Translations under genes and position numbers: made by a program | In this document: positions 34,601 to 41,685 of the stretch, piece after piece | How positions within the stretch are numbered: position 1 is the stretch's first letter | How the letters are laid out: each line of letters begins with the position of its first letter | The notes under the pieces: generated by a model | Seen by the model: the letters and a program-made list of their open reading frames with translations, nothing else | What the model was told of the DNA's origin: nothing | The model's database searches: none | Assembly (NCBI GenBank): GCA_040756135.1 | Contig: JBFLZS010000008.1 | Coordinates: forward strand, 5,021 to 69,020 | Source of the DNA: Nitrospirota bacterium | GTDB taxonomy: Bacteria; Nitrospirota; Thermodesulfovibrionia; Thermodesulfovibrionales; SM23-35 | DNA length: 64,000 nt | Direction: 5' to 3'

Positions 34601-37600
34601 TTATCTTATACCCTTACCAGTTAATGTTACTTTAGCCTTAGGTGTATCCGGGTCATTGGATGAAATAGTGAGATAATAAGGGTTATAGTATGCTACCCGT
34701 GTTGGATTAAACACAAGTGTAATAGTACACGATGCAGAAGATGCAAGTGTTTTTCCTTTACATGTATCTGAAGTAACCCTGAAAGGCGTTCCAGGATATT
34801 GTATCGAGCTTATTACAAGGTCAGCACCGCCTGTATTTGTAACGGTTACTGTTGATGGTGAAGAGGTAGTTCCAACTCTATAAGTTCCAAAGTTTATTGA
34901 TGTCGGATTTACTTGTATATTCGTTTGCCCAACTCCGGTGCCAGTCATAGTGACAGTTACATTAGGCGTATCCGGATCATTCGATGAAATGGTGGTACTT
35001 GAATTAAATGTACCTGTGCTTGTTGGAGCAAATCTCACGGTTATTTGGCATGTCGCTCCTGCAGATATAGAAGCGCCAAGGCAGGTGTTATTCGTTATAC
35101 TGAAAGGAGCAGACGGACTCGTAACAGAGGAAATTGTGAGATTTCCTGTCCCGTTGTTAGTAACCGTTATGTTCTGATCAGATGATGACGCTACCATAAC
35201 TGTCCCGATGCCACTACCCGTTATGCCCTGACCAGGTGATCCTACCATAACATTCCCAAAGTTCAATGTTGTAGGTACTACACTGATATCAGGGATTACC
35301 GAACCTGTTCCTGATAAAAACACAGTATATGCAGGTGTATCCGGATCATTCGAGTTTATTACAAATGATGATTGTTTAAATCCAGCACTTGTCGGGGCGA
35401 ATACAATTGTTATAGTACAGGTTGCCAGTGGAATAAGGGTTCCCGGACAGTCACTTGCTGATATGCTGAAACCTTCTGACGGGTTTGTCAGTCCTGTGAT
35501 ATTTAGATTTGCAGAACCATTATTAGTCACTGTAATATTCTGACTTGATGTTGAACCAACAGGGGTGCTCGGGAAATTAAGAAAACTTGGAGATACATTT
35601 ATGTCCGGCGTCACTACTCCTTCGCCGCTGAGATTTACAGTAACTGTGCCTTCATCAGGGTCACTTGATACAATGGTTATGTTTGATGCAACACCACCGT
35701 CTGTTACAGGAGCAAAACGCACACTTATCTGACAGCTATTCCCTACGGCAAGGGTAAATGGAACCGGTGAGCAGGTATTGCTTACAATGCTGAAAGGCGC
35801 AACAGGACTGCTAACAGAATTGATTGTTAACACAGCAGTTCCATCGTTTCTGACGGTGATATTCTGCTGAACGTTCTGTCCTACCTGGACATCCCCAAAA
35901 TTGATATTTAGCGGGTTAACAGTTATATCCTCAGCGCCTTGACCAGTTCCTGAAATCGCTACATTCAGTGTTGGCGTATCAGGATCGTTCGAGTTTATAC
36001 CAAACTGTGAATTGAAAGGCCCTACGGCTGTTGGTGTAAATCGTACGACGATATTACACGTTGAACCCGGAGCAATATCCTGTCCGGAACAGCCATCGCT
36101 CTGGATGCTGAATGGTGTAACAGGATTATTCAAAGAAGTTATTCTTAAGGTTGCAATACCTGTGTTCTTCACAACAAATGTCTGGTCCTTATAACTACCG
36201 ATGTAAACAGTTCCAAAATCGTATGGTACTGCTGGTGAGAAGATCGTTATATCAGCCTCTTTTGAGAGTGCTGAAAGATTTACCTGGGGACTTCCACCGT
36301 CAGATTCAATGATAAAACATCTGTTAAAACTTCCACCTGCTGTTGGAGTAAATCTTACAGTAAGTATGAGCTCTGCTGAAGGCACAAGATCAAGAGTAAT
36401 CCCATCATCATACATAAGCTGAGAAGGAAGACCATCGAATGAGAAAGGCGTGATATCCCTCGGAGGCGCTGGGCCATTGCATGACAGATCTTCATTAATA
36501 AAGTCTATCAGTAATGTTGTATCACCTGTATTCCTTATCTTGAAAGATACTGCATCAGTAAGTCCTACCTCAACTCCTCCACTGCCAACAGGATTTTCGT
36601 AATCAGAAAGTAAAGGCGGCGTTAATGGTGTATCATCCATCTTCAAAAGTGTTAGAGACGGCTGGCCGAGGGTAAACCTCTGACCATAAACATCTGAGCT
36701 GCAAGGTCGGATACCTGTACCAACTCCTCCTGTCAGACTGCAAGTACTTATGTCTGTATTCCTCGCATCTTTCCACACAGTAAGGAACTGATTGGTAACA
36801 TCGTTATATGCAATTGTGGGAATATACTGGTTATAGGGAAGTGTAAACACAGCATAATTATATCCCCTCAATGAACCCTCTGCGTCAACCTTTTGACCAT
36901 AAATGTCAAGGTTTTCAAGGGAAAGCGTGCCGTTTCTTCCATCCTGCCATATCACAAAGAACCTCTGATTCACACCGTCATAAGAGACAAACGGCTTAGT
37001 CTGTTTTGAATTCATAACGTTTGCATCATTTTCCCCATCCCCATCAGTGTCTTCATAGCTTATGATGAGATTATCATTATAGGGACCGCCTCCTGAATAG
37101 ACAATCTGTCCATATATCTTTGTATTCGCACCACCCCTCAGGTCTTCCCATCCAACAAGGAATCTCTTTGTTACAGGGTCAAATGCAACTGATGGATAGT
37201 AAGCTGTTGAGGTATTTGCGGGATCCAATGAAAGCCTTTTAGAAAGTATAACACTTTCGGAAATCTCTTTATCAAAAAGCCCGAATATATTTGCAAACCC
37301 TTCATTATCCTCCTCAAAAAATAATGATTCGAAAGAAGATGTTATCGTGTCTGCTGAGTCACATACCTCATTATTATTATTATCCTTACACGTACAGGTA
37401 AGAACTCCTTTTCGTCTTACACCTTCCCATACTATAAAATCCTCGGGAGATGTTGTATCATTTGAGGTGGTTATATTATTAGAGTCTGTAAAATACTCAT
37501 AGGTATATGTTTCTTTCATTGCCTCATGACTGGCACATAGCAGCCTGTTTGTCCTTACCCGCGCATTTCTTATGATATCTGCGCCGTTTACACCTATATC

Positions 37601-38674
37601 GTTTGTAAGCTCTGCAAAGGTAGCGCCATCAAGCATCACATAGCCCGGGAAAGAGTTATCACCAAACTGCCAATTATGAACTTCAAGACCAAAACAAATC
37701 TGGGAGATTCTGTTCAACGTGTTTCTTGACTCAATCCATACAATCCAGAACATGTCTCTAACAGGGTCATAGGATATCTTTGGTAATTTTCTTGAGAGAA
37801 GATCGTCACCCGCTGAAATCTCAGGGAAGGTATATATTAGAAGATTATAGGTATAAGTTGCGGTGATCATAGCTAAGGGAGGAGGACCTGTACCAAATGT
37901 AACAGTCATGGCACCGGTGTCATAATCTATTGCACCGGTCGCAGTCCCGTCAGCCCCCGGCATGAAATGACCAAATCCATCGTCAATTGCTTGTTGTGGT
38001 GTTAATGGATCATCAATAGTAACACTTGTTGGAACCACATTGGGTTCCAAAAATGCACTAAATTGTGCAGTAGTTCCATCGCCCATACCAATAAGCTGGG
38101 TAGTTGGAGTTGGTATTTGGTTTATAATCCTATCATATTCATTAGTATCATTGAAGGCTATCGGTGTCCCGCTCGAAGGAGCTGGAGGTACGTAAGCAGC
38201 ACAGTTGCTTGGATCCGGGAAGGAAGTTATTGATGAGTAATAAACATATCCAGCATTTGTAGTACCTCTCGTATCCTGCCATACCACAAGTACAGTGTCA
38301 TCTCCAGATGGAGCGGCAAGGAGGTCTTTATCCCTGTATGCTGACCATGGTACTGTCTGATTCCCTTGCACATTAACAATGGCGAATTCATCACCGCATA
38401 AATTTCCATCGTCTCCATTGATAAACTGACCATAAATATCCGCACCAGAGGTTGTGAAATTCCTCCGGTCCTCCCAGACCACAAACCATAGATTCTTGTC
38501 GGGTAAATATATTGTGTGGGGATTCTGCTGGTCGTATGCCTTACTCGCTATTGCTATGTTATCTCCTACATAACCTGCTGTCACCAGAGAGGGGGAAAGA
38601 AGTGATATCACTATGAAAAGGATTACCGGGATGGTATTTAATAACCCTTTTTTCTTTGAATTTCGGTTATTCAT
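34601..38674 (-). CDS. Very large secreted or surface protein: N-terminal W-x-D-x-R...IYGQ repeat region plus about six choice-of-anchor-D/ASH-type beta-sandwich repeats
   Basis: Signal or anchor LLNTIPVILFIVISLLSPSLVTA. Six copies of a VxWxDxR..(D)IYGQ motif lie in the first 700 aa. The C-terminal half has repeats of FG.V.VG......TV.N.G...L.I.S......PFS.....C.......C.I.V.F.PT..G......I.SNDPDTP...V.L.GTG. Confidence 0.8.
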   Translation of the reverse strand: MNNRNSKKKGLLNTIPVILFIVISLLSPSLVTAGYVGDNIAIASKAYDQQNPHTIYLPDKNLWFVVWEDRRNFTTSGADIYGQFINGDDGNLCGDEFAIVNVQGNQTVPWSAYRDKDLLAAPSGDDTVLVVWQDTRGTTNAGYVYYSSITSFPDPSNCAAYVPPAPSSGTPIAFNDTNEYDRIINQIPTPTTQLIGMGDGTTAQFSAFLEPNVVPTSVTIDDPLTPQQAIDDGFGHFMPGADGTATGAIDYDTGAMTVTFGTGPPPLAMITATYTYNLLIYTFPEISAGDDLLSRKLPKISYDPVRDMFWIVWIESRNTLNRISQICFGLEVHNWQFGDNSFPGYVMLDGATFAELTNDIGVNGADIIRNARVRTNRLLCASHEAMKETYTYEYFTDSNNITTSNDTTSPEDFIVWEGVRRKGVLTCTCKDNNNNEVCDSADTITSSFESLFFEEDNEGFANIFGLFDKEISESVILSKRLSLDPANTSTAYYPSVAFDPVTKRFLVGWEDLRGGANTKIYGQIVYSGGGPYNDNLIISYEDTDGDGENDANVMNSKQTKPFVSYDGVNQRFFVIWQDGRNGTLSLENLDIYGQKVDAEGSLRGYNYAVFTLPYNQYIPTIAYNDVTNQFLTVWKDARNTDISTCSLTGGVGTGIRPCSSDVYGQRFTLGQPSLTLLKMDDTPLTPPLLSDYENPVGSGGVEVGLTDAVSFKIRNTGDTTLLIDFINEDLSCNGPAPPRDITPFSFDGLPSQLMYDDGITLDLVPSAELILTVRFTPTAGGSFNRCFIIESDGGSPQVNLSALSKEADITIFSPAVPYDFGTVYIGSYKDQTFVVKNTGIATLRITSLNNPVTPFSIQSDGCSGQDIAPGSTCNIVVRFTPTAVGPFNSQFGINSNDPDTPTLNVAISGTGQGAEDITVNPLNINFGDVQVGQNVQQNITVRNDGTAVLTINSVSSPVAPFSIVSNTCSPVPFTLAVGNSCQISVRFAPVTDGGVASNITIVSSDPDEGTVTVNLSGEGVVTPDINVSPSFLNFPSTPVGSTSSQNITVTNNGSANLNITGLTNPSEGFSISASDCPGTLIPLATCTITIVFAPTSAGFKQSSFVINSNDPDTPAYTVFLSGTGSVIPDISVVPTTLNFGNVMVGSPGQGITGSGIGTVMVASSSDQNITVTNNGTGNLTISSVTSPSAPFSITNNTCLGASISAGATCQITVRFAPTSTGTFNSSTTISSNDPDTPNVTVTMTGTGVGQTNIQVNPTSINFGTYRVGTTSSPSTVTVTNTGGADLVISSIQYPGTPFRVTSDTCKGKTLASSASCTITLVFNPTRVAYYNPYYLTISSNDPDTPKAKVTLTGKGIR

Positions 38675-38817
38675 AACTACCTCCTTCTGATTTTCAATTT
38701 ACTATTAAACAGCCTTAAAATAAGGAAATATAACTATCACCCTCCTCTCTATTCAGGGTGGAGAGGTAATAACGCCCTATTTCCACCCTGATAAAGAAGC
38801 AATTTTTATGCCATAAT

Positions 38818-40686
38818 TTACTCTATTGTTACAATTGCTTCGACCATCCTGCCATTTGCATCCCTTACCGTAATAGTGACTGATCCTGTCTCAATTCCAA
38901 CCACTGTGAAGCTTCGTGGATCTTCAGTTTCATCATACTGTATGTCAACTTTCATATTATCCTGGAATATATCGAATGGCTCTACTCCGCCGAATATAGT
39001 GAATGCCATTGCTCCATCTACTATAATTGTTGCACTTTCAGGTAGCAGATAGTAATCAGTTGTAACTGATGTAATATTGAGAGTTGCGGTTGCTGTTGAT
39101 CCGACAGAATCCATGACAATATATGTAACTGTTGTCACAGGTGTATTTGGTGGAACATCAACAGTAAACGCACCACCGCTTGTGATGCCAGATTCAGGGT
39201 CTGGAGGGAACGACGGATTGTTTGTGTATACACTATATGGCTCAACCCCTCCAAAGATAGTAAAGGTCGCTGTTCCGCCTGGAGCACCATTCACAGTTTG
39301 CGATGAAGGCACCACCGATATTGGCCTTATAGGCGGCACATCAAGAATAAGCGATGCTGACACATGATCGCCATTACTCGTATCGTAGACTGTTATGGTA
39401 ACAGTTGTGTCTTCTGTTGGAACACTTGCTACTGTTGCTGTCAAAGTAGAGTCTGTGACTGCTACTATAACCAGTGAAGGATGACTTGAGTATGCAGAGA
39501 ATGGGCCTGTACCGCCTAATATTGTGTAAGTTGCAGTATCACTTACTGCTGGATCCGCAATGGTCTGTGTAGTTGGTATTACTGAAAGAGGTACAGAAAG
39601 TTTCACGGTCACATTTGTTGAACCGCTCATGCCACCTGCTGTAGCAGTGATTTTACATGTACCTGCTGTAGAAGGTGCAGTAAAGTCAGCCGTTGCAACG
39701 CCACCACTTGTCTGGGCAAAAGGAGTAACAAACCCACATGTTGATGTACAGGTTGCGGCATCGCAGGTTGTAAAACCCACTGTTGTTCCATCAGGAGCAG
39801 TACTGCCAGTATTGAGCGTTACAACAGCATTTATTATGGAAGAGCCTTCAGTCTCTACGATTGAAGGATTGGCAGTTACAGCAATGTTGGTCACAGTCAC
39901 GGCCTCAAGGAATAGTGTCACCATGTTTGCAGCACCATTGTCTGCTGAAGCAGTGACATTCAATACCGTTTGAAAGTCTCTAATAGTAGTTGGATTAACC
40001 ATTATGTAGGCAAATGCCTGTCCTTCACTATTTGTAGTTTTAATATATTCATCATTAAGGAACGATGCCTCTGTGCTGTCAGTGCCAAAGGTAACAGTGC
40101 TATTAGATACAGGATTATCATATCCATCATAGACTGTTGCCATTATCTTTACCCAGATGTCTTCCTCATCCTGTAATAAAATATAATCATCTGGCTCATT
40201 ATAAAGTCCATTATATGGAGTGCCATCCACATCGAGTGTAAGATGGGGTAAAAATGCTGTTGTTGGCCATGTAAGATCATAAATCGAGAAATATACTGTC
40301 TTCCTGTCTCTTATCTTACCTGTTCCATTATCTACCTCAGCCTGTACTGTCATAAATCCATATGATGTTGAAGATGCAGTTACTGTTGCATATCCAGAGC
40401 TGTCAGTATTTGCGGACGTTGCACTTAATCCTGGAACTAATGAGGAAAGGTTCGTAAAATAGACAGGTATATTACTAATCGGATTTCCGTTTCCGTTGAG
40501 AACCCTTGCTTTCATATAAATAAATCCGTTTGTCTGTACAACATACTGGGAAGGCCTTAGTTCTACGCTGAAGGGGACATCAGTGTCTTCCCCGGGAGGC
40601 GAACTTGACGAGCCGGCTCCCCCTCCACAGCTTATCATCGAAAATATAGCAGAAATGAGAATCAATAATATTAAATTTTTTTTCAT
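38818..40686 (-). CDS. Lipoprotein with Big-1-like and three further Ig-like repeat domains
   Basis: The likely start is the ATG at 40686, with GGAGGTGGAG upstream and an ATGA overlap with the upstream stop. Lipobox IFSMISC. Big-1-like segment YMKARVLNGNGNPISNIPVYF...TDSSGYATVT. Three repeats contain TxTIxGGxxPF/Y. Confidence 0.75.
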   Translation of the reverse strand: MKKNLILLILISAIFSMISCGGGAGSSSSPPGEDTDVPFSVELRPSQYVVQTNGFIYMKARVLNGNGNPISNIPVYFTNLSSLVPGLSATSANTDSSGYATVTASSTSYGFMTVQAEVDNGTGKIRDRKTVYFSIYDLTWPTTAFLPHLTLDVDGTPYNGLYNEPDDYILLQDEEDIWVKIMATVYDGYDNPVSNSTVTFGTDSTEASFLNDEYIKTTNSEGQAFAYIMVNPTTIRDFQTVLNVTASADNGAANMVTLFLEAVTVTNIAVTANPSIVETEGSSIINAVVTLNTGSTAPDGTTVGFTTCDAATCTSTCGFVTPFAQTSGGVATADFTAPSTAGTCKITATAGGMSGSTNVTVKLSVPLSVIPTTQTIADPAVSDTATYTILGGTGPFSAYSSHPSLVIVAVTDSTLTATVASVPTEDTTVTITVYDTSNGDHVSASLILDVPPIRPISVVPSSQTVNGAPGGTATFTIFGGVEPYSVYTNNPSFPPDPESGITSGGAFTVDVPPNTPVTTVTYIVMDSVGSTATATLNITSVTTDYYLLPESATIIVDGAMAFTIFGGVEPFDIFQDNMKVDIQYDETEDPRSFTVVGIETGSVTITVRDANGRMVEAIVTIE

Positions 40687-41294
40687 TCTCCACCTCCGCA
40701 CATATTAAAATCTGCTAAATAAATGTCATATTCCGTCTGGAAACTACCCTCTTCTCCAAAATTATTCACATATTTGCAATTGTACTGTGCTATATAATGC
40801 GTGGGATACTCTCCAGGTACATTTGTACCATAATATATAGCATTCCAATAAGCCTGTTTTCTGTCTATATCAATTAAGGTAACGTTGCATGAATTAGAAC
40901 CTTCTATGATAGGACAGTTCGGATAGATATTCAAAGATTCAATTATAGGTGAAGATGGATCCTCAATAGCTTTTTTGTAAGTTATCGTACATTGTTCAAC
41001 ACTTGCAGGATAAGGATCAACTGTGCTGTCTGGATTCAGTTTTTCAGATTCTATAGAAATTGTTGCATCTTCCCTTGTAAGGCCTGGCTCAGATGTCCCA
41101 CCAGCACAACAATCAGGACAGGAATATACATCAAGATCAGGAGTTTCACTTGTTATACTGACTGACTTAATATTGATCCCTGTGTCCTCACTTCCTGAAG
41201 AACCCGGTGAGCCCGGACCTTCACCACACCCCCAAAGAAAGACTGAAAGCAGAAGATAGAAAATAGAAAACAGGAAAAAATACTTTCTCTTCAT
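40683..41294 (-). CDS. Hypothetical lipoprotein
   Basis: The likely start is the ATG at 41294, with AGGAGG 5 nt upstream. Signal MKRKYFFLFSIFYLLLSVFLWGC (lipobox). Cys-rich, with no recognised domain. Confidence 0.65.
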   Translation of the reverse strand: MKRKYFFLFSIFYLLLSVFLWGCGEGPGSPGSSGSEDTGINIKSVSITSETPDLDVYSCPDCCAGGTSEPGLTREDATISIESEKLNPDSTVDPYPASVEQCTITYKKAIEDPSSPIIESLNIYPNCPIIEGSNSCNVTLIDIDRKQAYWNAIYYGTNVPGEYPTHYIAQYNCKYVNNFGEEGSFQTEYDIYLADFNMCGGGE

Positions 41295-41338
41295 TTTTCC
41301 TCCTGAATAAAATTTTTCATAATTTATGTTCAACCTTA

Positions 41339-41640
41339 TTTAGAGTCTGTTTCTAAATTGCTATTCAAATAGTCCGTCATTCCCCGACTTGATCGGGGAA
41401 TCCAGTATTTTCAATATGTTCTGGATTATCCGGTCAAGCCGGATAATGACAAAATACGACTTTATACACAGATACTATTTAGAGTCTGTTTATAACCTAA
41501 TACTTGTGTCACCCTGAGCATGTCGAAGGGTGGCTAACCGCTTGATTTTATGTCATGGTTCGACAGGCCTTCGGCGTGAGCTCAGTCGAACGCTCACCAT
41601 GACATTCAGGCATTATACCAGCATTTATAAACAGACACTA
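41339..41640. repeat. Two tandem MITE-like nested-hairpin elements between pilQ and the lipoprotein operon
   Basis: Unit 1 is 41339-41479 and unit 2 is 41480-41640. Each is bounded by ttagagtctgtttMtaa ... tttataMacagaYacta inverted termini. Unit 2 is homologous to 48287-48400. Confidence 0.8.
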
Positions 41641-41685
41641 TTTATAATCATTTTGAGTATTTCCTTCTCTCATCCATCTCCTTCT

